From: Raillietiella orientalis
Lineage: Eukaryota
Length of the DNA stretch: 34,570 nt
Reading direction: 5' to 3'
Assembly: GCA_036172245.1 (NCBI GenBank)
Contig: JAYWIR010000023.1
Span: 3,100,001 to 3,134,570, forward strand
Part shown: positions 1 to 11,418 of the stretch, piece after piece
Numbering within the stretch: position 1 is the first letter of the stretch
How the letters are laid out: each line of letters opens with the position of its first letter
The notes under the pieces: generated by a model
Told to the model about the DNA's origin: nothing
The model's input: the letters and a program-made list of their open reading frames with translations, nothing else
Databases searched by the model: none
Program-made: the position numbers and the translations under genes

Positions 1-307
1 GAATCCGTGCGTTGCGATTTTATTTTGTGCTTCCGGTATAATTGCATTCTTTAAGTTTCGTTGTGTTGGCAGGTAAAGTTCAAATAAATTGTTGTGATGT
101 AAGATGCCCGTATTTCAATATTGTATAGCTGTCACGAATTGCAAGTTTCATTTTTCAGCGTCTGAGGAATTGCATAGTAATTGAGCATTATGCATATGCC
201 TTCAACTTTGATACCAAGTAGCATCATGTATTCACAATTAAGGAGTGAATAATTATTGTGATATTTGAATTAAAGGAATAAATGCTTTTGAGTTGATTTT
301 TGTTCGA

Positions 308-1746
308 ATGCTTATGAATGAGCTGAACGCAAATCCGCATTTGCAAGCAGGCAATCCTGAGGCATTTTTGAAAAGCAAGCATTTAGAATATTTGGAATGT
401 ATAGTGAAGGAGACGATCTCTTATCAGGGCGCATCTTTTGATTGTAATAGGTATGGTGTTCATTGTTTGACTTATTTTTTCAAAGAACGCTTTTCAGAGT
501 ATTTCTTCTTTTTCTTACACTATCAGGACTTGATTTGTTAGATGGCTTGACCTTAGTAGGAGAAAATGACCGTATTCGTCAGTGGCTGTATTCCCTTTTG
601 ATTCATCCTAATGCAAATCGTGAGTTGAGACATTAAATTTCAGTTATAATTAAGTGTAGGAACCAATTTGAAGTATTGTGGATTCCGTGGTTCTCCAACA
701 GTAAAATTGGATGGAGAAAATCCTTTTGATTGCCCTCATGTGACCATGACATATGCTGCTTTAGCTTGCTTGCTGATTCTAGGAGATGATTTAGCTGAAG
801 TTGATCGTGCAGCTGTTGCTGAAAGTGTGAAGGCTTTACAACAAACAGATGGAAGGTATTCTTATAACTTGCCATTCATTTTAATAAAAGTCTTTTCAAG
901 TGTGGCAGCTTCCATGATGGAAGGTACACAGGATATGCGTTTTGTGTATTCAGCAGCCTGTGTATGTTATGTTTTGCAGACATGGGAGGGTTTTGACAGA
1001 AGTGCAGCACAGCAGTATATCCGGTGTAGCATGGTAGGTAGTGTCCTGCAATGTGCTTTAATGTGTTAATCTTATATGACAGAATTATGATGGTGGTATT
1101 GGTAGTCAGCCTGGTGCAGAATCCCATGCTGGTATGCTCTTTTGTGCCCTAGCTGCCCTTTCTCTCATGGGTTTGCTAGAGGAAACATTTACTAGTGGTG
1201 AGGTGTGCATTGTTCTTTCTTACTAGCAAAGGAACTTTCAGTTTCCAGAGACAAGCTTTGCAACACTGGTGTCTAAGGAGACAGGGACAAGGTTTTCATG
1301 GTCGACCTAATAAAGAGGATGATGCTTGTTATGTGTTTTGGGTGTCAGCATCTTTACAGGTATAGCTGCAATTGTTGGGAAATTTTTGATCGCATTTTTT
1401 TATAGTTGCTCAATGCACTGGAGTTTTGTGACAAACAGGCCGCCAGAAACTTTATATTTGCAAGCCAGGATCCTACAGGAGGATTGGGGAAGCAACCAGG
1501 AATGGAAGCTGATCTTCTGCATACATATCTTTGTAAGAGCATTTCATTTGGGTGATTGATGGCTGGTATAAATGTTAATGTTGTGAGCATTACTAAGACC
1601 AGTAAATGTTAATGGACATGTTAGCCATTTCAGGCTTATCTTTATTGGGTGAAGACCAAGTGAATATGTTGCATCCTTCCTTAATATTGAGTTGGCGTGC
1701 AGTAAATCATCTTCATTCTTTACATGCTTCTTGGAAGACAAAGTAA
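308..1746 (+). CDS. PGGT1B: Geranylgeranyltransferase type-I beta subunit, 8 exons: 308-450, 498-619, 660-855, 901-1033, 1083-1202, 1249-1359, 1406-1532, 1625-1746 (1074 nt, 357 aa; alternative start ATG at 314)
   Basis: Manual splicing at GT-AG introns (451-497, 620-659, 856-900, 1034-1082, 1203-1248, 1360-1405, 1533-1624) gives one open frame. It carries GGTase-I beta motifs in the expected order: LSGLDLLD, QWLYSL, CGFRGS, HVTMTY..LACLLILGDDL, DMRFVYSAACVCY, YDGG, ESHAG, QGFHGRPNK, DACYVFW (Zn ligands D/C), GGLGK, DLLHTY (Zn ligand H), ending HASWKTK*. Confidence 0.95.
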
Positions 1747-1954
1747 TAATATCTTGGATGCCAGGAATTTTGCAATGGTTTTCATTTGCTAATTTTGTTG
1801 GATATGTGCATTACAACCATACTCATGTACTGAGATTTTCTTGTACAAAACTGGGATTGAACACTAGTACTTTTTGTATGCCCACACACATCAAAGCAGC
1901 ATTAAGAAATTGTATAATATTTTTGTAATGTAAATGCAATTTGTTATGTGTTTC

Positions 1955-1960
1955 AATAAA
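1955..1960 (+). promoter_or_regulatory. Probable polyadenylation signal of PGGT1B
   Basis: AATAAA about 210 nt after the stop codon, followed by a GT/T-rich tract at ~1979-2000. Confidence 0.55.
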
Positions 1961-2069
1961 TCCGTGACCATGGTACCAGTTGTGTTTGTCACTTGTTTTT
2001 AGGCATTGATTTCCGTTTTCTATCTAGTTTGGTAGTGTGCATAAGTAAACAGATGTAATTGATGTAACC

Positions 2070-3470
2070 AACGTATTTATTGGTTCAACTTTTGAAATAG
2101 AGACTCAACAATTCCCACAATAAGGCAACTAACAAGAGTTCAGAGAGATCCAAACATCACATGGAATGATTTATTATTATTTATAACAGAAGCCCAGACA
2201 AGATGAAACGGTTCTTAGCTTTCACTGCATGCTTGTAACGCGTATTCGACACGTATAGTTGTAAATCAATTCCTAACATTTTGATCTCATCAACAGTCGA
2301 GTTTCTTTATACTGTAAAAGGATTTCACACATTTCAAAAGCAACTGAGAAGCTATTGGTTATTTTTCGAGTGTGGGAGCATGAAGCATTCACACTCGAAA
2401 TAGGCAAAAATGGACCATTCGGTTTATAGTTAACATCCCGCAGATCGTTTCAAAATAATCGTCCACTCTGATAGTCATATGGCAGTGAGGTGCATAAATT
2501 GAGACTATTTGATAAAAAAATGGGAAAAATAATACAGAATGCCAAGTGACTTTAGTACTAATGAAACCCACATCCAAATTTATGAACTCAAAATAAAATG
2601 GGACAAACTCATGCAGATTCCTGTGGTTAAAAACTACTCTATTACAGATAAACCTAACACTGTTACAGATAAACTATTCGTTTGTCTCCTCGTGCATCGA
2701 AATTTTGTGCTAAGTAACTCTGAGTAAACTCTTCTGTAATTTGGAAACAAGCCCAGACGTGTGTTTCAAATGGTGATTAATACATTACGAAAGCTATCAA
2801 TGTAGTAATTCAAACCGGAAGTTCTCCAGATTTCGATACGGAATAGTATTGTCTAAGCAAGTTTCTCCCGTTTGCAAATATTTTGTGGTTGTCAAATGTT
2901 ACTTTGAAATTGAAACCCCTGAAGTGAAATCTGAATCATTCCAAAGGACAATCAGTACAACTCTCATGAAGTACGTGAAATATAAAAGTTATCCTCCACA
3001 GATTTTCCAAAGGGCTGCGCATAAAAACTGGGAAAACCCAAGAGAGCTACTAGAAATTCACTGGCGGTAATAAATAAACGTAATAACTCCAAATGCAGCA
3101 TCAAAGCAAGTTAGTTGATCAGTATGAAAGTCTCAAATAGAGTCTGCATGTTTGGCATTTCCACAAAGAGTCCCTCAGAGGAAGGGAGACTCGGGAGGAT
3201 GTTAAAATAGAAATCGAAACAGCCAAACCAAAATCGTGTCTAAAACGAGTGTGTCATTTCAAAGGAGCCAGATCAAAAGCAACTCTGAGAATGGTATGTA
3301 CAGGAGTTTTTTTTGTGGGTTCATATTTCCAGTGATACTGAACAGGTTCATTGAGAATAATCGAAAACGATTACTCATAAGTTATGAAAGAAATGAAGGA
3401 CACAAAAATAGTCACTGCTTAGACCAACGATTACCAGTCATGGATTTTCATCATCCAGTTTATTATGGCT
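2070..3470 (-). mobile_element. Heavily decayed CR1/L2-like non-LTR retrotransposon RT relic
   Basis: Minus-strand translations resemble RT blocks in the correct order. GKSVED/LLYFTYFMRVV (~3008-2960) resembles GKSVDVIYLDFSKAFD. NYYIDSF...LGLFPNYRRVYSEL (~2810-2720) resembles IYINDL...LFADDTKLY. DVGFISTKVTW (~2574-2541) resembles DLGVIxDSKLTW. Minus-strand AATAAA at 2076-2081. Many stops and frameshifts; matched by eye only. Confidence 0.45.
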
Positions 3471-3526
3471 GATTTAATTAGAAGAAGAAAATTGTGCTTA
3501 AGGGACGGGCAGAGTTACGGATTGCG

Positions 3527-6000
3527 TTTTTTTTTTTTTTAGTAATCAGAGATAGAACAGAGAATTCGAGGAGGTTAATGAATATTGAAAGTCTTTGAAA
3601 GTCGACTTTCCCAGTATTAGACTGTTTCTAAAGATGTATGTGGCTGAGGATGGGAGTCAGCTCTGGAAGAAGTCGGTGTCCGTAAGATTTGCATTTGAAA
3701 CTCATGTTTGATTTAAATCATCTTGCATTGCAGTTTGTATATGAGGCATGTGATCTACAAGAGCTGTAAATAAGACGATGAGTATAGGCGGTGGGTATAG
3801 TTTTCAACTAGCAATAATCGCGCCTCCCTTAAGTTCAGCGGCAGCAATATTGCCCGTGAGCAAGGTAGGCGGTGGGCAGTAGATTTATTAATGCATTTCA
3901 CCGGAGATTGCTGAAATTGACACTATACTTTAAGTTGCAGGAATAGTTATTCCTAGGATGTTGAAATAGAGAGCGGATGAATGTGCCAAAAAAACAAAAA
4001 ACAACTTTTTTGGAAAATTGTTTCATGATGCATCATCATCTTTCATCCCAACAAAGTTGTTCCTCCACTGTAAGGCGTGTTGAATAGAAATTGCGAACCA
4101 AGAAAGAGTGTAGCTCCTGCATGCTGATGGTGGCAAGAGTTCTTTTGCCTGGAATCGTGGTGCTCAAGTGTGTTCAGTAATATTGTAACAGAAAAACGTG
4201 ACTAATTATGCCACTATCAAATGTCACGATCTTCAAGAATGTCACGATCTATCCTCTGCTTGCTTGCTTGCTTGCTCTCTCTAACTCTCCGATTCGTCTC
4301 ACTTAAAGATGTGTTTTTAAGAGCGACAAATCATTCGAAGACCAAGAAAGTTGTTTATGATAAATAAGGCCAACACATCGAGCTCATAAACATGCGAGAA
4401 ACCATCTATAATCAAGCTGAGAGATCAAATGTGGTTGGGAATAGACACAACAGCTGACAGAAAGTTTTGATGTTTCATTACTATAGCAAAGGATTTGATG
4501 ATCAATGAGATTATTATGTCTTGTCTGATTTTAGGCTTAATGAACAGCATTCTTTTGCAAAAGAGATTAGTTCCTGCATGCGGCCTGCGCTAGTAAAGAG
4601 CTTGTATATCACCTCTCAGTATGTGTACCCCAATCGGCCATACATTAAGGTTTCTGGAATTTTTTTTCACCATCCCGAAGCATTTATCAACACCTTTAAT
4701 TAACATCTAAAACTTTTCTCTTTTTAATTAGTACTTTTAGGGTGTGAAAAAGAAATGTATACAAGGTGTGACTTTTTTAATTACGAAGCATAGCGATGTT
4801 CTTAGGGACATTATTCATTCCGGTGTTGGAGAGTCTTAAGAGATATATCGAAAATAGAAGTTTTTTATTCCAGAAAATCTTATCCATTGACAAGCAGTAG
4901 CATTCTATAAAAAACTCTCCATCACTAAGTGCAAATGAAGAAGAATTCTCGTTGCGACGTCTAAAGCATCATTCTTGGGGGGGGGAGGGGAAGAGTGAAG
5001 ACAGCCATGGGGAGTGGATTCAAAGTTGTGACGGAAACTTCTCTTTATGGGCATTCAAGAAAACTTAAAAGTATTCAAGGGGATGTTTCGTCGAAAATAA
5101 AGATGACTATTCAGTTTTATTTTTTTTAATCTTAAACAGACTCTAAAAAGGCCAATGGCTGTTTCGACTGGTGATGGCTCTTCAGATTTTGCTTTAACAT
5201 AATAGCACTGATCTTACTATGAAAAACAACGCAAGCTAATTTAGTGGTACAAATGACTGTACAAATCTACTTGTACGTCAATTCAGTGTGGATCTTTTCA
5301 ATGGAAACTACCTCATTTTCTTCATCTATGTAAATTTGATCATTCTGTTTGCGATGAAGATGCTTAGATCTACTTTCGACAAAGGAAATACATACAAGAC
5401 AGTAAAAGATCAGAGACAGAAGCTACGTGAAATACAAAGACAAAACTCGAAGATAATAAGAATAATTTACAAAAATTGAATGATCAACCTGTTGTATGGT
5501 GCGAAAGAAGCATGTTTAAATCTAGAATCAAGAGCTTTCCGAAAATTTGAGAGTAATCAGGAAAATTATCCATTCAAAGGAGCATTGAAGTTTTCTTCCC
5601 CTCTTCTACTAAGCTGACAGAAAAGACTGAACACGATATGTGTTAGTGATCTTTATAATACGAGAATAGGAATGTTGTTCGAGACACCGTCAAGTGTATC
5701 GTTCTCAGCAGCTCGAAACGAGTCGAAAGTTTGAAAAAGGATCTTGGATGCCAGAGTGGCGTGAAGAGGATTCATATATGTGATGACAATACCAGAACTT
5801 TTTTTTGACAATGCCAACTTGCGGATCCCACTTCACAAAGCATCCATCTTGCTTAGTTTGCCTTAGGGGTGACTTGCATGTCTGATCGCTCTGTAGGAGA
5901 CAGGGAACTCTGTTTTCTTCTATCTTTGGACAACACTTTGACTTATCATTTTTTGCAGGTTATTTTTATGTAGATATTCCGGATGAGTACTTTATTAGTG
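3527..6000 (-). mobile_element. Heavily decayed LINE ORF2 relic (APE endonuclease plus RT remnants), apparently related to 8950-11415
   Basis: Minus strand: KVLIRNI (~5990, WN-like APE start), PCLLQS (~5900, CLQE-like), ENFNA (~5581-5595, GDFNA-like). Patchy nucleotide similarity to 8950-11415, e.g. 3963-4030 vs 9122-9195. A T14 run at 3527-3540 could be a minus-strand poly(A) tail. Confidence 0.35.
4220..4282. repeat. 13-bp direct repeat followed by a (TGCT)5 and short (CT)n microsatellite
   Basis: AATGTCACGATCT at 4220-4232 and 4238-4250; TGCT x5 at 4257-4276. Confidence 0.8.
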
Positions 6001-6185
6001 CCACTCACGGATCTCTATTCAAAAACTATTCAATCATTCTTCTGTTTTAAATGAGTAAAAAAGGTTCAAAGAAATCGGGAAAGCATCCACAGCTCGCCTC
6101 TACTCCAAGACATAACCGATGCCCCTGTGATTCTCTATATTCACAGTCTAGTGGATTCTTCTCTCGGCAACGGCGACGTTGATCA

Positions 6186-8940
6186 TTCGGATTTTCCGGA
6201 GCTGTTTTTATTGAAGTTGAAAAGGCAGAAAGATTTCACATTAAAGTCGTCATATGGTTTTGGTTATTGCACTCTTTGTGCTACCAATTTTGGGGGTAAC
6301 TTGCCGTTAATCGTTGCAGAAACCGGCGAGGTTCTCTCGAGCACCCATAATGGAGGGGAAAAGGAAACAAAAATTAACGTAAGATATTCGGAATCGGGGA
6401 GAAAGCGCTGTTTATAGGGATAGGGATGGATCGGAATGAACCTCAGTTCGTCCTGTTCTGACCCCTGCATCCTCTTCACGATGCTGACAAGTTTTGCATT
6501 GGAGTTTCTCCGGTGCGGTCCTTTTGATACACTCTCGAAAAAGATCGTTGTTCAGTGCATGGCATCCCTGCTGTTTTTCTTCATTTGGCGTTCCACCGCG
6601 TCACTTTTCCGCGAAGACTGCAGAGAACTGCCAGAGACGCGGCGGGGTCAGGGCATCACGTCAGCAGAGGCGCCGTCTATCGGTTTTAGGGTCGCCTGCC
6701 GGAAGTTTCCGAATGGACAAGAGTAGATAAGAAAGATCACGGAAGGCGACGCAGTGCAATATGAGGTGCGGGAAGGTTTCCCTTCCACCGCTCTCTGCAC
6801 AACTTGCAACCAAACTCCCTACTGTCCTGTGGGGAGGCGCGCTCTGCATAGCATTCCCCGATGCAGGGAGAATAGAAACGCCGTCTCTTGCCACCCCATT
6901 GAAAGTGTCCTGCTGTTGCAATATGCCAGGGTCACTCCGCCTCCTCCGGTTGTGTTCCGAGCAGCTCGACCCAGGTGATGAGCTCTTTAGGGGCGACACT
7001 CGTGGTCATAGCGTCCATTACCTTCCGAGTTTTCCACGCTTTCATTCGTTTTTTGCTGTCTCCAATGAGGCAGGACACTTCCCACGATGCTCGTTCGTTT
7101 CTGTCTCCAGCGTTTTAGAGGATCTGGGGGGATGAAGGAAGGCCAAGGCTATTTGCGTGGGTTGTTTACCATCCATTGCAGGGGCTATCCAGTGTGAGGT
7201 TCCTTGTCGGGTGCAGGAGGATTCCGCCTCGCTCGAGCCGTCGATTTTTCCCCATGCGCAACCTGACCTCCTGAAGCCAGACAGTACAGTTCGCGTGGAG
7301 GCAGTAGATTCACGTGTTGTTTTTCATGGGAGCTACCGTGTGGTGCAGCTGATGGCCGCAATAGCCCAGGCTGCTTTCGTATGCAACGGCGATCGAAGGC
7401 AATCCTTCGCTGCCTTTCGCTCGCGAGGGCTCTAGCGGGTTCGCACCGTGGCGTAGTCCGCAACTCCACCGCAAGGGCGAGTTTTTGAAACTATGGCTGT
7501 CGTTCCATGTACCACAGAGTTAGGAGGCTCAATCCTCCGTCCCTGCATAAAACGCACAAGTCTTTGAACAGGATATCGGTCCGCGCTGTGCGCCACAGGG
7601 CTTTCCTCAGGAGATCGTCGATTCGCATTTTTGTTACGGGTGGGGCGGGCAAACAAAAGTGATGGGCAATGGAGGGAGTTTGCAGCCGGAGCAGGAGGTC
7701 ATCGGCATAGGCCGACACGGCAGGCGTGCCGGGACGCGAGCTCGCCAGAGTTACCAGAGTCTCCCTGTGTGCTCTCAGCGCCAACTCAAAGTAGCCCCTG
7801 CCTTATGCCACCTGCCTTATGCCATGCCGAACCGACGCGGCGCACACGTGTTGGCTGCTAAAACAAATATTCATGAGTGCGTGGCGCCAGCAAAATCACA
7901 GATTGGTTCGAATGACGGCCAGAAATCCCATGCGTTTCAAGAGTTCCAGAGGAAGTTCCTGGTCGACGCAGGGGAATGCTTTACGCAAATCGCCCGCGAC
8001 TGCAAGGGCTCCTCCTACTTGGCCTTCCCCTCCTTGGTCAAAGGAAACTCGGGATCCTCTTGACCTGTCTGACCTTCGCGCTATAGCAACTGCCACCATA
8101 GTTCGTGAGGGAACCGCGTAATTGGGCTCCGGTCTGAACACAGATTCCGCCACCCGTCCTAGTCGCTCATCCCACAAATTGGCATGCAACTTCCCGTCCG
8201 CATTCAGAAGACTGATGGGCCGCCAGTTGCCTACGTTGCGTAAGTCTCCTCCTTTCGAGAGGAGACGTACTCTAGCCTACAGGGACGAGTTGGGAACGTC
8301 CCCTCGTTCGCGGATCAGCATGGCTAGTTTGAGCACCAGGGGGACCAGCTCTGCCGCGAAGCACTGCTGAAACTCCGCAGGCATACCGTCTATCCCTGGT
8401 GTCTTACGGTTTTTCAGCTTTCCGATGGGGGAGATGATCTTCGCCATCGAGCAAGGCTCCTGGAGGTGGTTCCTAATCTCATCCCTCAACGCTGAGGCGC
8501 CATCTGGCAGCAATCACTGCGCAAAGGCGTGCACGGCTCTTGCTCTCGTGTAAAGTGAGGAGTAAAAAAACACGCAAGATGTGGTTTACCCGCGCTGGGG
8601 CTAAGCATTCCCAGCCATCGGCGTCCTGCAACCTAGTCAACCCGGATTGCTAGGTCTATCTTTCGGGCCCAGCTCTTGGTTACGCCAGTCATCGGACGTC
8701 CATTGCTGGAGTACAGACAGACCTGTTTGTGAGGGATTGAGGAAGCAGAGGTAGGCCCTCGGCTTCCTCAATCCCTCGCAAAAAGCCGGAGGAAGACGGT
8801 TCATAGAAAACTGGGCGGGAACTCTCGGACTGAGCTCTTCATTTCGTCCCAGTCAGAGAGCGTCGAAGATGGAATTCTCGCTGAAGCGCGCGATGTTCCG
8901 CTGCTCCTGAGAGGCTCAACCAGTCCCCTGGCAGGCGCCA
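6186..8940 (-). mobile_element. Degenerate 5'-truncated L1/Tx1-like LINE, copy A (linker, RT, C-terminal Cys/His domain, 3' UTR)
   Basis: Fragmented minus-strand frames: YSSLY (~8555), KTPGIDGMPAEF, NWRPISLLNADGKL, DLRKAF, AYADDLLL (YADD at 7698-7709), CAESGGRETFPHLILHC. Multiple stops and frameshifts. Minus-strand AATAAA at 6207-6212. Collinear with copy B. Confidence 0.9.
8726..8782. repeat. Inverted repeat/hairpin: 26-bp arms, 5-nt loop
   Basis: TTTGTGAGGGATTGAGGAAGCAGAGG (8726-8751), loop TAGGC, CCTCGGCTTCCTCAATCCCTCGCAAA (8757-8782). 24 of 26 pairs are Watson-Crick, plus one T-G and one A-G. Confidence 0.9.
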
Positions 8941-8949
8941 CGTTTCAGA

Positions 8950-11415
8950 AGGTGAACCTCTTCGTTTTGCGATTTTTGTTGACTTTTCTGATTTCTTTCC
9001 AGCATTCGCCCCTAAGAAACCAATTGCGTTGAGGCGGGGTGCTGCTATGGCGTGTAGTGCGGTTTTCTGAACAGAGTTTGAGTGAAAGCCGAATCGTGGG
9101 TGAGCCCGGCACGGGGTGAAATATGAACAGAAGATGAATGCCAGTTAGAAGCCTTCCGGGTAGGGAAATGCAGTAAATGGAAAATTTTTCGTATTCTTGT
9201 GAAAAGGGTTCTTGGAAATCGATACTCTGCAATTCTTTCTTTTCCAGGCAACTCACCAACGCACATACCCTGAAGAGTGCAAGATGGTGTGTTTCTTGCA
9301 TGCGTAACAGGTCAAGGAGAGGGGTATGGATGGCGGTTATGGAGAATGAAGGATGAATCATGGATGTGCATTGGTGAAGGAGGAATGGTTGGTGGATTGG
9401 TATTGCATGGATATTTTCATGTACTTACAGGTTCTGTAAGTGAAGTTGTAAGTTTGGATGAGGACCATGGCTAATTTACAAAGATCTGCTTGAAATGGAT
9501 CGAGATGAGCTTTGCGTATTGGAGAGTGTAAGAGTTTGGACACATGCCAGGTAATGTGGTCACATGACACTGAATCTCAGAGGGATACCCGTTAAATGAT
9601 GGATGTTCAGGTTTCGAAAAGTAGAAGGGGAGACATAAGGTCAGTGTTTTTTTTTCTAGGTATGTGGAATGGTATGTGAGATGAATGTTGAATGCTTCAG
9701 CAAGTTTGCAATGGAAGGATGCAAAAAAGAGAGCAGATGATGGGAATGCGTATTGGGCAAATCTGGATTGATTTTCCATAATGATGAATACTAAGGCAAT
9801 GAAGATGTTTATCGAAAGAGCATTGGGGGATTCAACTGAGTTAATGACGATGGTTTTCAATAGCGATTCCATTCTAGTTACGAGTCTGCACAGAGGACCT
9901 TTGTGCAGGTATAGTAAAAGTTTTGGGCACTAAAGTTTGCATGGACGGTTGATAATGGATGCAGTAAGACGGGATATCTGGTGGAGGATGGAGGAATGGA
10001 GCATGGACAGCGAAGAGCAGATTGTGTTTACCATGAATTTTCTGTTTCGTGGACCGGTGTGGAAGCAGAGAATTATGTACAAAACGGGATGTGAAGAGCG
10101 TGATTAGATGTTAGATGGCCGCTCTGGAAAAGCGAAGGACCTAAAGACCACATGCAAATACTAGGTGTGGAATAGAATGAGTCTCTTCATTGGCAAAATT
10201 TCGATGTTCCCACTCGACAAAGTTTGTTTCTTTGCAGTCATCTGTTTATGGTACTCATTTAGGTTGTGGAAGTCATGGGTTTCGGTAGGGTCGAGTTGAG
10301 TGGGTACGAATCTGTGCCGCAAGCCGCAGAGCATTTTCGAAATAGAATTTCTCGTTTAGCGCAAGTGGTGGACTGTTGGTTAAGAAGTCCACGGAGAGAG
10401 CATCCATCTGCACTCCCAGCGAGGGGCTAGCTCGTTGGTGCATTGCGTTTCTGACGCATTGACCATGCTATTCATGCTGGAAAGTGGTACGAAAAGAATA
10501 GCAATTGCGGTGAACCACGTTCTCCATTTCGTGTTGCAAGAGGATTGAATGCTCAGTGTCCGTCTTCCTGAATAGGGGATGCAGTTCCGGGGGTAACCAG
10601 GAGCAACAAAGTGGAACGCTCGAAAATAGCTTTCATGTTTCTGTGGGCAGTCTCTGGGCGCTCAAGTTGAACTGCTCTTTGATTTCCAGATGATTAATAA
10701 CGCTTCAAGGCAAGAGTCGAAATTCCGATCCAACAAACTATTCAGCGTATCAAGCGCAGGAAGAAAATTGCCTGCCCGTTCATCAAGGACGGCGTGGAAG
10801 CTGTCTTCCCCTTTGCAGCATTTGGGAACACGAGATCGTGGAAGAAAGAGCGCGTCGCGATTCCTGCAATTTCGCAACGAGTCCTAGTCGAACTCGGAAA
10901 CGGACACACTGTTCGCTGGGATGCCGAAACCGATAGAACCCCATAAGCTCACGTGCCAGCGGAAACAGTTGATAGACGGGTAGATTTCACTGCCTCTATG
11001 AGGAGAAATCCAAGTGCATGCAGCTCGAGAACCCAGCGTTGAAGTCTTCCTTCCGATCGAACAGCTCTCGAAATGCAGGAAACGGAGATAAGAGCCTCCG
11101 AATTGTCTTTTGAATTTGGCGCAGGGAAAACCGGAATGTTAAAGGGAGCTTCCTGCCTCGAAATCCGTCATGAATCCAAGCCTGAGGCTCTGACCGTTGT
11201 GTGCAGCCTCATCAGCATCGGGCAAGCTTCTATTCCTTCAAGGCCTCTCCGACCAAACGAAAGGCTGCTCGCGATTCTTCCAAGGAAGCTGCGGACTATT
11301 CCCTGTAGAGTCCTTGTCGTTGCGCTGGAGGTTCAAAGACCTGAGCTAGGTGAGCCCTCATTTCAACTGCATATCTCTGACGACAGACGTTTCGATTGCA
11401 GAGGATGGAAGTTGG
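8950..11415 (-). mobile_element. Decayed Jockey/CR1-group LINE ORF2 relic (APE plus RT)
   Basis: Minus strand, in order: QRNDKDSTG (RxDR-like), NIPVFPAPN (YAPP-like), EDFNA (DFNA at 11035-11046), PSNI*SRSSHPVLYIIL (~10118, PSNYRPISL-like), LLYLHKG (LDLxKAF-like), SINIFI...FAQYAFPSSALF (~9747-9761, decayed YADD), HVTTLPG (VKYLG-like). Confidence 0.5.
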
Positions 11416-11418
11416 TTA

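Noticed and set aside
73..158. Possible 5' UTR intron or trans-splice acceptor (AG|GTAAAG ... TTTTTCAG)
   Set aside because: The signals are plausible, but there is no coding-frame constraint or transcript evidence to support them.
6436..8370. Many overlapping plus-strand ORFs of 70-135 aa
   Set aside because: They are antisense shadows of GC-rich LINE copy A; the same applies to the plus-strand ORFs in 11795-14050.
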